From: Phycisphaerales bacterium
GTDB taxonomy: Bacteria; Planctomycetota; UBA1135; UBA2386
Length of the DNA: 64,000 nucleotides
Direction: 5' to 3'
Assembly (NCBI GenBank): GCA_020247305.1
Contig: JADCJE010000045.1
Coordinates: 71,251 to 135,250 of the forward strand
A program made the position numbers and the translations under genes. Below the pieces are notes generated by a model. It searched no databases, was not told the DNA's origin, and saw only the letters and a program-made list of their open reading frames with translations. Shown here piece by piece: positions 8,959-18,171 of the stretch (its first letter is position 1; every line of letters begins with the position of its first letter).

Positions 8959-10019
8959 CGGCCGGCCTCCGCCAATTGGAGCAGTACGGCCGCCTCGACC
9001 GCAGCGACCTCGATGCCGAGCACGCACTGCGGGGTGGCGCAGTCGCGGCGTTTGCATGGTCGGCACGGCACGCCGTGCCAGAGCACTTCGTGGCGCACGC
9101 CGCCGTGGCCGCGCGGGCCGTACCGCAGGTGGTCCTTGGGGCCGAACAAGGCGACGCACCGGGCGCCGACCGCCGCGCCGAGGTGCAGCGGTCCGGTGTC
9201 GGCGGCGACGACGACGTCGCAAATGCGCATGACGCCGGCCATGCCGAGCAGGCCGAGCGCGGCGCCATCGACGGCGTGTGCCGCCGGCGCGGCGGCCAGC
9301 GCCGGGGCGGCGAGTTCGCGTTCGCCAGGGCCGAAGCCGACCAGCACCTGCACGCCGCGCGCCGACAGCCGCTGCGCCAGCTCGGCGAAGCGGTCGGCCG
9401 GCCAGCGTTTGAAGGCCGCGAACGCCGACGTGCCCGGGTGCAGCAGCACGCGCGGCCGCGGCAGCGCGGCGAACTCCGCCGGCGCCGCCGGCGTCGCCAG
9501 CGCCGGCGCGCACGGCGCGCCGGACAGCCCGATCGCCGCCAGCAGGCGGTGGCCGATGTCGGCGCGGTGGGGCAGCGGCTGTGGCATCGGCACGGCGAGG
9601 CTGTAGACGCGGGATGCCCCTTCGCGCGCGCCCGGCGGCGCGGCGCCGACCTTGTGCGCGGCGCGCACGGCGGCGAGGTGCAGCGCGCTCTTGAGGATGC
9701 CGTGCACGTCGAGCACGACGTCGTAGCGGCGCGCGCGCAGGCGCCACAGGCTGCCCGGGATCGCCAGCGGTTGCCGGCGTGGATAGACGATCACCTCGCG
9801 CAGGTGCGGGTGGCCTTCGAGCAGGCCGCGGAAGCGGTCCTCGACCAGGAAGTCCACGGCGACGTCCGGGCGCTCGCGGCGCAGCGCCGCCACGGTCTCC
9901 AGCGCGAACAGCACGTCGCCGAGCGCCGACAATCGCACGACCAGGGCCGTGCCGCCGCGCGGCAGGAAGCGCGCGCCGGGCAACTCGGCGTCGGAGATCG
10001 TGGCCGCGGCGGCGGTCAT
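8955..10019 (-). CDS. Glycosyltransferase family 9 (LPS heptosyltransferase-like)
   Basis: VRLSALGDV, HPGTS...KRWP, DTGPLHLGAA, LFGP motifs. Confidence 0.9.
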   Translation of the reverse strand: MTAAAATISDAELPGARFLPRGGTALVVRLSALGDVLFALETVAALRRERPDVAVDFLVEDRFRGLLEGHPHLREVIVYPRRQPLAIPGSLWRLRARRYDVVLDVHGILKSALHLAAVRAAHKVGAAPPGAREGASRVYSLAVPMPQPLPHRADIGHRLLAAIGLSGAPCAPALATPAAPAEFAALPRPRVLLHPGTSAFAAFKRWPADRFAELAQRLSARGVQVLVGFGPGERELAAPALAAAPAAHAVDGAALGLLGMAGVMRICDVVVAADTGPLHLGAAVGARCVALFGPKDHLRYGPRGHGGVRHEVLWHGVPCRPCKRRDCATPQCVLGIEVAAVEAAVLLQLAEAGR

Positions 10020-10081
10020 CGCGCGCAGCATCCCGTCCGGCCGGTGGAGTTCCAGTGTGCGATGCGACGTCGCGTCCTATC

Positions 10082-10876
10082 ATGACCGCCGTGCGCGACC
10101 TGGAGCCGTTCGTCGAACGCCGTGAACCACGCGGCATCGCCTGGGTCCGCCCCGACCTCGTGGACGAACCGATCGCCGCGCTGTGGGGCGATCCGGGCCC
10201 GCTCGCCGGCGCCAAGGGCCGCGGCGGCGTCGGGGTGCTGGTCGTCGGCGGCGTCGAGTGCGTGATGCGGCCGTACCGCCGCGGCGGCGCGCTCGCCGCG
10301 CTGCTGCGCGACCGCTACGGCGGCCCGGGTCGCGCGCGCGCCGAACTGGCGGCGATCCTCGCGCTGCGCCACGAGGGCGTGCCGGTGGTGGTTCCGGTCG
10401 CCGCGGCTGCGCGCCGCAGCGGCGCGTTCTGGCGGCTGCGCCTGCTCACCGAGCGGCTCGCCGACGCGCTGCCGCTGCCCGACTTCCTGGCCGCGCACGC
10501 CGAGCGCCGACGCGACGTCGCCACCAGCGTTGGCGTCGTGCTGCGGCTGGCGTTTGCCGCGGGCCTGCGGCACCCGGACCTGCACGCCGACAACATCCTA
10601 TGCGTCGCGCGCGGCGACCGCATGCGTGTCGTGCTGGTCGACCTCGATCGCGCCGTCGTCGGCGGCCCCGTCGACGAGCGCGGGCGCGACGCGATGCTGG
10701 CGCGATTGCAGCGGTACTGGCTGAAGCACCGCGCCACGCTGGCGGCACGGCCCTCGCGCGCCGAGACGATGCGGGCCCTGCGGCAGATCGCTACAGATCG
10801 CGCCGAGCGGCATGCGCTCTGGCGCCGCCTCGCGCGCGCGCTCCGTCGCCAGCAGATCCGGCGGCGCGACTCCTAG
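10082..10876 (+). CDS. Kdo/WaaP-family lipopolysaccharide kinase
   Basis: GRGG, RPYRRGG, HPDLHADNIL, LVDLD motifs as in KdkA-like kinases. Confidence 0.85.
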   Translation: MTAVRDLEPFVERREPRGIAWVRPDLVDEPIAALWGDPGPLAGAKGRGGVGVLVVGGVECVMRPYRRGGALAALLRDRYGGPGRARAELAAILALRHEGVPVVVPVAAAARRSGAFWRLRLLTERLADALPLPDFLAAHAERRRDVATSVGVVLRLAFAAGLRHPDLHADNILCVARGDRMRVVLVDLDRAVVGGPVDERGRDAMLARLQRYWLKHRATLAARPSRAETMRALRQIATDRAERHALWRRLARALRRQQIRRRDS

Positions 10877-11056
10877 GAGTCTGCGTCACGGGACGCGCGC
10901 CGATCCGGTGCGTGGATTGCCGTCCGGGGCGAAGCCGACGACCGCAGGCGAATCGGTGGATTCGCCGAGCAGCTAATCCGCCAACGCTGGGCGGCGAGTC
11001 CCCGGGCGCGAAGACGCGTGGCGGGCGGCGTGGCCTGCCGTGACGCAGACGCCTAG
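10873..11056 (+). mobile_element. MITE-like element, family A, copy 1 (terminal inverted repeats, CTAG at both ends)
   Basis: Left end CTAGGAGTCTGCGTCACGG and right end CCGTGACGCAGACGCCTAG are an 18/19 inverted match. Internal hairpin GGCGAATC/GATTCGCC. Homologous copies at 45998 and about 47634. Confidence 0.8.
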
Positions 11057-14000
11057 CGGTCGCGCGGCGTCGTCAGCGGTTCCCTCACCGCGTCGGCGAA
11101 CGTGGCGGCGTAGACCGCCACGTCCTGGTTGCGCAGGACGGAGACGATGCCGAGATCGCGCAGGCCGTCGCCGTCGCGATCGCCGAGGTCGATCAGGCCG
11201 TAGCCGAAGCGCGCGTAGGCCGCGTTGCCGGCGAAGGTCTGCAGCGGCAGCGCACTGGCGGCGTCGAACACGCGCACGTAGCCGGTGCCGCTCGGGCCGC
11301 CGCGCAGCGTGCCGACCGCGAGCGCGGACCGCCCGTCCTGACGCCACGACGGCAGCACGGCGACGCTGGCGCCGAAGCCTTCGCCTGCCTGTTCGCCGCG
11401 CAGTTCGTACAGCGGCCGGCCGCCGCGGCCGGAGAACGCCAAGACCGAACCGGGCAGGCTCGTGCGGCCGCGCGCCGGCGCGGTGACGACGAGGTCGTCG
11501 AAACCGTCGCCGTCGAGGTCGCCGACGCCGAGGGCGGCGGCACCGAAGTCGCGCTCGGCATCGGCGTCCTCGAGCACGGTGATGGTGCGGCCGGTGCGCG
11601 GGTCGAGCACGACGACGCACCCGGCCATGCCGCCGAAGTTGCCGCTGACGACGAGGTCTTCCTGGCCGTCGCCATCGACGTCGCCCGCGGCCGCGACGGC
11701 CGCCCCGAACCAGACGCCGGCGCGGGGCGCCGGCAGGCGGCGGAGCTCGCGGCCGTCGCGCGCCGACAGCAGCGCCACCTCGCCGCGCGCGTCGCCGCTG
11801 CGGCTCGCCGGCGGCACGCCGACCGCGACGTCGCGCCGGCCGTCGCCATCGAGGTCGGGAAGCATCGCCACGGCGACGCCGAACGTTCCGACCGGCGATT
11901 CGGCCCGCCACAGCAGCTCGCCGGTTCGCCCCGACCGCGCCTCGACCGCGGCTGGCGCGGCGGCGCCGCGGGCGCCGCCGGGGCAACCGATGACGAGGTC
12001 GGCGCAGCGGTCGCCGTCGATGTCGTCGAGCGCTGCCAGCGCCCGGCCGAACATCGCGTGTTCGTCGCCGTTGCGCATGGTGTGCAGCAGCGCGCCGTCC
12101 TGCAGGTTGCGTACCTCGACGTAGCCATTGCCGGCGCGTGCCCCGGCGGGCGCGGCGGCGACGCACAGGTCGGGCAGCGTGTCGCCGTCGCAGTCCGGCG
12201 TGACGACGGCGGCGATGCCGTAGACGACGGTCATGCCCTGATTCGGCATGCGGACCACGTCGCGCGCCTTCACCGGGTGGAAGCGGTCGCCGAGCGTCCG
12301 CTGGAACGGTTGCAGCGCGACGGCGATCCGTTCGATGGGCAGCCGTCTGTGCAGGCCCGCGGCGGCCAGGGCCGCCATCGCCGGCTTCGGCCACTGCGCG
12401 AGCAGGTGCGGCGCCAGCGCCACGACGAGCGCGGGCGTCAGCACGGCTGCGGCGACGGGGTGAGCATCGATCGCGGTCGCGGCGGCGTGCGCCGCGTCGA
12501 ACGTGCGCAGCGCCAGCGCCGCTTGCGCGATGGCATCGACGACGTGGTCGGGCAGCCAGGACTGCAGCGGCACGCCGCCGTCGTCGCCGTCGGCGCGCCG
12601 TTCGCCGGCGAGGGCCGACGCCACGGCGTGCAGGCCGCCGAGCGCGAGCACGGCGCGCAGCTCGCGGCTCGCGCCGACGGGATCGGCGGCGATGCCCTGG
12701 ACGGCGCGGCGCACGTGTGCGAGGTACGCGGGCAGCCGGCGCTCCTCCAGATCGAGGCGCGCGAGCCGACGGCGGGCCTCGTCGTGCCCGGGCCAGCGGG
12801 CGACGACCGTCGCGAGCAGGCGCCGCGCGCCGGCGCGGTCGCCGGCGCGGAGCGCGAGCGACGCCAGGTGCACGAGCGGCGCCGGATCCGCTGCGTCATC
12901 GGCAGCTAGTTCGCGGTAGGCGCGGCGGGACTCGTCGGCGCGGCCTTCCGCTGCTGCCAGATCGGCGGCGAGCAGGCGGGCGCGCGGCGCGGTCGTCGCG
13001 TCGGCGGCGGTCGCGAGGCGCGCGAGGTGCTGGCGCACGGCGGCGAGGTCGCCGGCGGCGAGCGCGGCCTCGGCGAGGGCCAGCGTGAGTCCTTCGGCCG
13101 CGGGCAAGCCGCGCGCGGCGAGCGCGAGGCGCGGGTAGGCGCGGGCGTGCGAGCCGTCGGCGAGCAGGCCGAAGCCGTGGCACGCGGCGACCAGCGGTTG
13201 GTCCTGCCACGTCGGCGGCAGCGCGCGCCACCATGCGCCAGCGCCGGCGTGGTCGCCGGCGAGGAACGCCAGCAGCCCGGCGGTCAGGCGGTCGCCGTCG
13301 CCTGCGCTCGCCGTCGCCGCGGCCGTGGCGCCGCCGCGGCCGGCCGCCGCCGCGTCGAACGCCCCGCGCACGGCGTCGGACAGATGCCTTCGCGCCGCCG
13401 CGAGCGCTGTCGCATCGTCTTGCCGCAGGGCGATCGCCGCCGCAACGGCGGCGCGTTCGGCCCGGCCCGCGTCGTCGGCGGGGGCGAGCGCCAGCGCGCG
13501 GTCGTACGCGGCTAGGGCGGCGCCGAGCGTGCGCCCGCGCGCCTCGTCGAAGGCGCCGCCGCGCCGCGTGCGCGCGCCCGGGTCGTCCGTCGACCACGGC
13601 TGCGGCCGCGCCGAGGGCGCCAGCAACAGCGAGCGCGCCGCCGCGAGTTCGGTCGCAGCGCGGTCGGCGAGTTGGCGCCGTTCGGCGTCGCGCGCCGTCG
13701 CCGCCGCGAACAGCCCGGCGACCACGAGTGCGCTCGCCGCGGCGGCGACGAACAACTGGCGATGCCGCCGCACGAACTGCCATGCCCGCCGCAGCGCGCC
13801 CGCCGGCTGCGCCTCGATTGGCTCCAATGCCAGCAGCCGCTCCAGGTCGTCGGCGAACGCGTCCGCCGTGGCGTACCGGCGCGACGGATCGGGGTCCATC
13901 GCCTTCTGCACGACGAGCGCGAGGTCGCGCGGCACGTGCGGCGCGGCCTTGCGCAGTTCGGGCGCAGCGCCGGTGTCGATGCGCCGCAGCACCTCGTGCG

Positions 14001-14895
14001 TGGTGATGCCGGGGAACGGCGCGCACATCGTGAGCGCCTCGTACATGCTGACGCCCAGCGAGTAGACGTCGGCGCGCGCGTCGACGCCTTCGTCGCCGCC
14101 GCGCAGCCGCTCGGGCGCGGCGTAGACGGGCGTGCCGGCGAAGCGCGTGGGCCCGTCGTCGGGGCCGTCCGCGAGCGCGAGACCGAAGTCGGCCAGCACC
14201 GGCGTGCCGTCGGCGCGCAGCAGGATGTTGGACGGCTTGACGTCGCGGTGCACGAGCCCGTGCCGGTGCACGTGGCCGAGCGCGCGCGCCACGCGGATGA
14301 ACAACTGCACGTGCCATTCGACCGTGCTGCGGATGCGCACGCCGGCGCCGAGCCCGAGCGCGTTGGCGAGATTGGCGGCGGCGAACGGCCGCTGCGTCCG
14401 GCGCAGCCGCGCGATGAGCGTCTGCAGGCTGGGGCCGTCGATGAACTCCATCTCGAAGGCCAGCAGGTCGGACTGGTCGACGATGCGGTGGATCCGTACG
14501 ACGTGATCGTGGCGGATCTGCGCCAGCGCCCGCGCCTCCGCCAGGAACCGCTGCTTGGCCGCGTGGCTCAGCGCGAGCGCGCGCGGCAGCACCTTGATGG
14601 CGACGTCGCGGCGCAGCGACTCGTGGCGGGCGAGGTAGACCGTGCCCATGCCGCCGTGGCCGAGTTCGCGCACGACCTCGTAGCCGGCGAGCAGCGGCTG
14701 GCTCGGCTCGCGCCGGCCCGCGACCGAGCACGCCAGCCGCCAGGTCCGGGCGATGCCCTCGCGCAGATCGGGCCGATCGGGGCTGATCGCGTCGAGGTCG
14801 GGGTTGCGCCCCTCCAGGATGTCCTGCAGCAGGCGGTCGAAGAGCTCCGCCAGCAGTTCCTCGTCGCGCGGGTCGGGCTCGCCGGCGGTCGTCAT
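11053..14895 (-). CDS. Membrane Ser/Thr protein kinase with TPR-like region and C-terminal FG-GAP (integrin-like) repeats
   Basis: GHGGMGTV, VAIK, HRDVKPSN, DFG, GTPVYAAPE; hydrophobic segment after the kinase; repeated DxDGDGxxDL and FGxA motifs. Confidence 0.9.
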   Translation of the reverse strand: MTTAGEPDPRDEELLAELFDRLLQDILEGRNPDLDAISPDRPDLREGIARTWRLACSVAGRREPSQPLLAGYEVVRELGHGGMGTVYLARHESLRRDVAIKVLPRALALSHAAKQRFLAEARALAQIRHDHVVRIHRIVDQSDLLAFEMEFIDGPSLQTLIARLRRTQRPFAAANLANALGLGAGVRIRSTVEWHVQLFIRVARALGHVHRHGLVHRDVKPSNILLRADGTPVLADFGLALADGPDDGPTRFAGTPVYAAPERLRGGDEGVDARADVYSLGVSMYEALTMCAPFPGITTHEVLRRIDTGAAPELRKAAPHVPRDLALVVQKAMDPDPSRRYATADAFADDLERLLALEPIEAQPAGALRRAWQFVRRHRQLFVAAAASALVVAGLFAAATARDAERRQLADRAATELAAARSLLLAPSARPQPWSTDDPGARTRRGGAFDEARGRTLGAALAAYDRALALAPADDAGRAERAAVAAAIALRQDDATALAAARRHLSDAVRGAFDAAAAGRGGATAAATASAGDGDRLTAGLLAFLAGDHAGAGAWWRALPPTWQDQPLVAACHGFGLLADGSHARAYPRLALAARGLPAAEGLTLALAEAALAAGDLAAVRQHLARLATAADATTAPRARLLAADLAAAEGRADESRRAYRELAADDAADPAPLVHLASLALRAGDRAGARRLLATVVARWPGHDEARRRLARLDLEERRLPAYLAHVRRAVQGIAADPVGASRELRAVLALGGLHAVASALAGERRADGDDGGVPLQSWLPDHVVDAIAQAALALRTFDAAHAAATAIDAHPVAAAVLTPALVVALAPHLLAQWPKPAMAALAAAGLHRRLPIERIAVALQPFQRTLGDRFHPVKARDVVRMPNQGMTVVYGIAAVVTPDCDGDTLPDLCVAAAPAGARAGNGYVEVRNLQDGALLHTMRNGDEHAMFGRALAALDDIDGDRCADLVIGCPGGARGAAAPAAVEARSGRTGELLWRAESPVGTFGVAVAMLPDLDGDGRRDVAVGVPPASRSGDARGEVALLSARDGRELRRLPAPRAGVWFGAAVAAAGDVDGDGQEDLVVSGNFGGMAGCVVVLDPRTGRTITVLEDADAERDFGAAALGVGDLDGDGFDDLVVTAPARGRTSLPGSVLAFSGRGGRPLYELRGEQAGEGFGASVAVLPSWRQDGRSALAVGTLRGGPSGTGYVRVFDAASALPLQTFAGNAAYARFGYGLIDLGDRDGDGLRDLGIVSVLRNQDVAVYAATFADAVREPLTTPRDR

Positions 14896-15512
14896 TGCGA
14901 CGTCCCGAGGCCGGCGTCGCCGCCGAGCAACTGCCGCAGGCGCCGCCGGTAGGTCTCGACGCCGCGCAGCAGCCGCGCCTTGGCGGTCGACAGCGGCAGG
15001 CCGAGCTGCGCGGCGACCTCGCGCATCGGCACCTCCTCGAACAGGCGCAGGCGGACGACGGCCTGCAGGTCGTCGTCGAGCGTGGCTAGCGCTTCGGTCA
15101 TGGCGCGCGCGCGTTCGTGCACGCCGGCGACGCGGCTCGGGGTCGTCGAGCCCGGCGGCAGCAGCGCCGAGATCGAGTCGCCGCCCGCCAGCGTCGACAG
15201 CGGGGCGGTCGAGCGGTCGCCGCCGCGCTTGGCGCGACCGGCGGTGCGCGCGGCGTCGCGGATGCGGTTCTTGGCGATGGTCAGCAACCACGCGCGCCAC
15301 GCGGCGAGGTTGCTCCAGGCATGCTGGTCGCGGTCGCGCCACGACTGCCACAGGGTCTCCTGCCAGATGTCCTCGACCGCCAGTTCGGCGCGGAGCTTGG
15401 GCCCGAGCCATGCGCCCAGCACGACGAAGATGCTGGCGACGTCGAGGCTCTCGACGAGCCGACCCCATTCGGTCGGGTCGCGGTGCGGTTGCGTCTCCGG
15501 AGCGGTCGGCAC
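14892..15512 (-). CDS. ECF RNA polymerase sigma factor
   Basis: Region 2 VEDIWQET...AWLLTIAKNRIRD; region 4 VPMREVAAQLGLPLSTAKARLLRG; stop overlaps the kinase start. Confidence 0.88.
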   Translation of the reverse strand: MPTAPETQPHRDPTEWGRLVESLDVASIFVVLGAWLGPKLRAELAVEDIWQETLWQSWRDRDQHAWSNLAAWRAWLLTIAKNRIRDAARTAGRAKRGGDRSTAPLSTLAGGDSISALLPPGSTTPSRVAGVHERARAMTEALATLDDDLQAVVRLRLFEEVPMREVAAQLGLPLSTAKARLLRGVETYRRRLRQLLGGDAGLGTSQ

Positions 15513-15657
15513 GGGGGAAGCCGTCGCGAGCGCGCGACGACAGCGCGGAGGATACCTCGCGGCGCGCGATCGTGGCGGCGCCGGCGCCGGGCCAGGGGAA
15601 AGGCGAGCGCCGCGCTGGCGGCGGCGCCATCGCCGCTTCCGCGCCGGCCCGCCGCCA

Positions 15658-17274
15658 TCACGGCGCGGCGCGGCGCAGCACGTGCCCGGCTCGCACTCCG
15701 GTCGTCCGGTTCCCGGTGACGGCGACGTGGCCGTTGACCAGCACGGCGTGGACGCCGACCGGCTGGCCGAGCGGCTCGGTCCAGGTGGCGGTGTCGGCGA
15801 TCTTCGCCGGGTCGAAGGCCACGAGGTCGGCGAAGGCGCCGACGCGGATCGTGCCGCGGTCGACGAGGCCGAAGGCTGCCGCCGGCACGCTGGTCATCTT
15901 CTTGATCGCCGTGGGCAGGTCGAGCACGCCCTCCTCGCGCACGTACTTGCCGAGCACGCGCGGGTTGTTGCCGCTGCCGCGCGGGTGCGGCCGTTCGGCG
16001 CCGGTCTCGGCCCGGATGCCGGCGTCGCTGGCGACCGCGATCCAGTCCTCGCGCAGGTAACGGCGCACGTCGTCCTCGCTCAGCGAGTGGTAGATCATGC
16101 TGACGCGGCTCGGCGCCGCCGCGATCAGCAGTTCGATCGCCATGTCCGCCTGCGCGTCACGGTCGTCGCGGCCCGTGCGCTTCTTCGCCGCCTCGGGCAG
16201 CAGCAGGCCGTTCAGGTCGGCGTTGCCCTTGGCCGAGGCGATGCGCGCGAAGCGGAAGTCGCCGAAGCCGACCTGGTCCATCTTGGCCAGCAGCGCGGCG
16301 CGGATCGTCTGGCGATACGCCGCGTCGGACGTGAGCTTCGCCGCGAAGCCCTCGCGGCCGACGTCGAGCTGTTCGGCCGGGAACAGCACGTCGAGCCCGG
16401 TCGAGCTGGCGTCGTAGGCGTACTGGTCGACATGCACCTTCAGGCCGCGCGCGCGCGCCGCCTGCACGGCGGCGAGGACCTGCTCGGCGCGGCCGTGGTT
16501 GGGCTTGCCGGTGCACTTGACGTGGCTGATCTCGACGGCGACGCCGGCCCGCTCGCCGATCGCGATCGCCTCGGCGACGGCGTCGAGCACGGCGTCGTTC
16601 TCGCTGCGGATGTGGCTGGCGTAGACGCCCTGGTACGGCGCTACGGCCTTGGCGAGCGCGACGAGTTCGTCGGTCGCGGCGTAGATGCCCGGCACGTAGA
16701 TCAGGCCCGTCGACATGCCGAACGCGCCCGCGCGCATGCCCTTGTCGACGAGCGCCGTCATGCGCGCCAGTTCGCCGGCGTCGGGCGCGCGGTTGCTGGT
16801 GCCGAGCACCGCACGGCGGACGGTGCCGTGGCCGACGAGGCTGCCGTAGTTGACGCCGATGCCGCCCTGCTCCAGGCGCGCGAAGTGCGCCCCGAGGTCC
16901 TCGACCGAGCCGCCGCAGTTGCCGGTGATCATCGTCGTGACCCCCATGCGCAGGAAGTTGGCGCACATGGGCTCGCGCACGATCTCGGTGTCGACGTGCA
17001 CGTGCACGTCGATGAACCCCGGCGCCACGGCGAGGCCGTCGACGCGCAGGGTCGGCGTGCCGGGCGCCGCCACGACGTCGCCGATGGCGGCGATGCGGCC
17101 GCCGCGGATGCCGACGTCGGCCCGTTTGCCCGGCCGGCCAGAGCCGTCGTGCACCACGCCGCCCCGGAGCACGAGGTCGAAGGACGGGCCGGTCGGGGTG
17201 GCCGGCGCCTGGGCGGTCGGCCCGGCGGCGAGCAGCAGCAGGCAGGGGATCGCGGCGAGGCGGCGGCGTTGCAT
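15658..17274 (-). CDS. N-acyl-D-amino-acid deacylase (amidohydrolase family), with signal peptide
   Basis: APGFIDVHVH, GNCG, GAFGMSTGLIYVPG, SHIR, ASD, PHPRG motifs. Confidence 0.9.
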   Translation of the reverse strand: MQRRRLAAIPCLLLLAAGPTAQAPATPTGPSFDLVLRGGVVHDGSGRPGKRADVGIRGGRIAAIGDVVAAPGTPTLRVDGLAVAPGFIDVHVHVDTEIVREPMCANFLRMGVTTMITGNCGGSVEDLGAHFARLEQGGIGVNYGSLVGHGTVRRAVLGTSNRAPDAGELARMTALVDKGMRAGAFGMSTGLIYVPGIYAATDELVALAKAVAPYQGVYASHIRSENDAVLDAVAEAIAIGERAGVAVEISHVKCTGKPNHGRAEQVLAAVQAARARGLKVHVDQYAYDASSTGLDVLFPAEQLDVGREGFAAKLTSDAAYRQTIRAALLAKMDQVGFGDFRFARIASAKGNADLNGLLLPEAAKKRTGRDDRDAQADMAIELLIAAAPSRVSMIYHSLSEDDVRRYLREDWIAVASDAGIRAETGAERPHPRGSGNNPRVLGKYVREEGVLDLPTAIKKMTSVPAAAFGLVDRGTIRVGAFADLVAFDPAKIADTATWTEPLGQPVGVHAVLVNGHVAVTGNRTTGVRAGHVLRRAAP

Positions 17275-17397
17275 GCCGCGATGGTATGCGCCCGCGGCGG
17301 CGCGTTGGCGGTCGTGCGCGGAGGTTTGCGTGTAACCGCCCGCCGCGTGCGAGCTAGGTGCGACGTCGGGCATGGAGCGTGATCTCCAGGCACGACC

Positions 17398-17470
17398 CGG
17401 CGAAGTCCTCTGCCGAGGGTCGATGGGCATGTCGCCCGGAGGCCCGGGGGCACGGCAGGGGACTTCGCCG
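17398..17470. repeat. Long intergenic inverted repeat (18-bp arms)
   Basis: CGGCGAAGTCCTCTGCCG (17398-17415) versus CGGCAGGGGACTTCGCCG (17453-17470) is a 17/18 inverted match; the loop contains a GGGC/GCCC sub-stem. Confidence 0.7.
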
Positions 17471-17535
17471 CATCTTCCTTGCCGCCTGCCGCGGCGGGCG
17501 ATCGGTGCCCGGCGCCCGCGGCGCCTTCGCGCCCT

Positions 17536-18147
17536 TCAGCGGATGCGCGCGCACCACGCGTCGGCCGCCGCGGCATCTGGCACCGCTGCGTGCACTGCGG
17601 CGCGCAACTGTGCGCGCGTCGCGCCGAGTCGCAGCGCCCCGAGCGCATGGCTCACGAACTGCCGCGGCTGGTCCTGCGCCGCCAGCAGGGCAGCGGCCAG
17701 CAGTTCGCGGTCGCCGGCGCCGAGTCCGGGTCGCGCGAGCACGCGGCCGTAGGCGACGTCGATCACGAACGCGTGGAAGTCGGCGTGGCAGCCGCGCAGC
17801 ATGGCTTCGACGGTCGGGGCGTGTTCGCCGTAGATCGCCGCGAACAGCGCGCGTCCGGCGGCGGGCTGGTCGGCGACCGGCAGGCTGCCCCCGACGGGTG
17901 GCGCCGCCGCCGGCCAGGCGGCGTCCAGCGCGGCGAAGGCCGAGACGACGCGCGGGAAGCCGCAGAAGAGCACCGCCTGCAGCAGCAGTTCCTCGAGGTC
18001 GGCGCGGGGGGCTCCGGCCGACCGCAGCCAAGCGGCGCGCTCGCCGAGGCAGGTCCAGTCCGCCCGCCAGATGGCGCCGGCGCACGCGGCGAGCGCGGCG
18101 ATGCGGGTGGTCGCGGGGTCGTGGCCGTCGGTCGCGGCGGGGGGCAT
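17536..18147 (-). CDS. Carboxymuconolactone decarboxylase/AhpD-like protein
   Basis: EELLLQAVLFCGFP, AYGRVLARPGL...RELL, HALGALRLGAT are CMD-family motifs. Confidence 0.8.
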   Translation of the reverse strand: MPPAATDGHDPATTRIAALAACAGAIWRADWTCLGERAAWLRSAGAPRADLEELLLQAVLFCGFPRVVSAFAALDAAWPAAAPPVGGSLPVADQPAAGRALFAAIYGEHAPTVEAMLRGCHADFHAFVIDVAYGRVLARPGLGAGDRELLAAALLAAQDQPRQFVSHALGALRLGATRAQLRAAVHAAVPDAAAADAWCARIR

Positions 18148-18171
18148 CGCCGCGAGCCTACGCGTCGGCCG

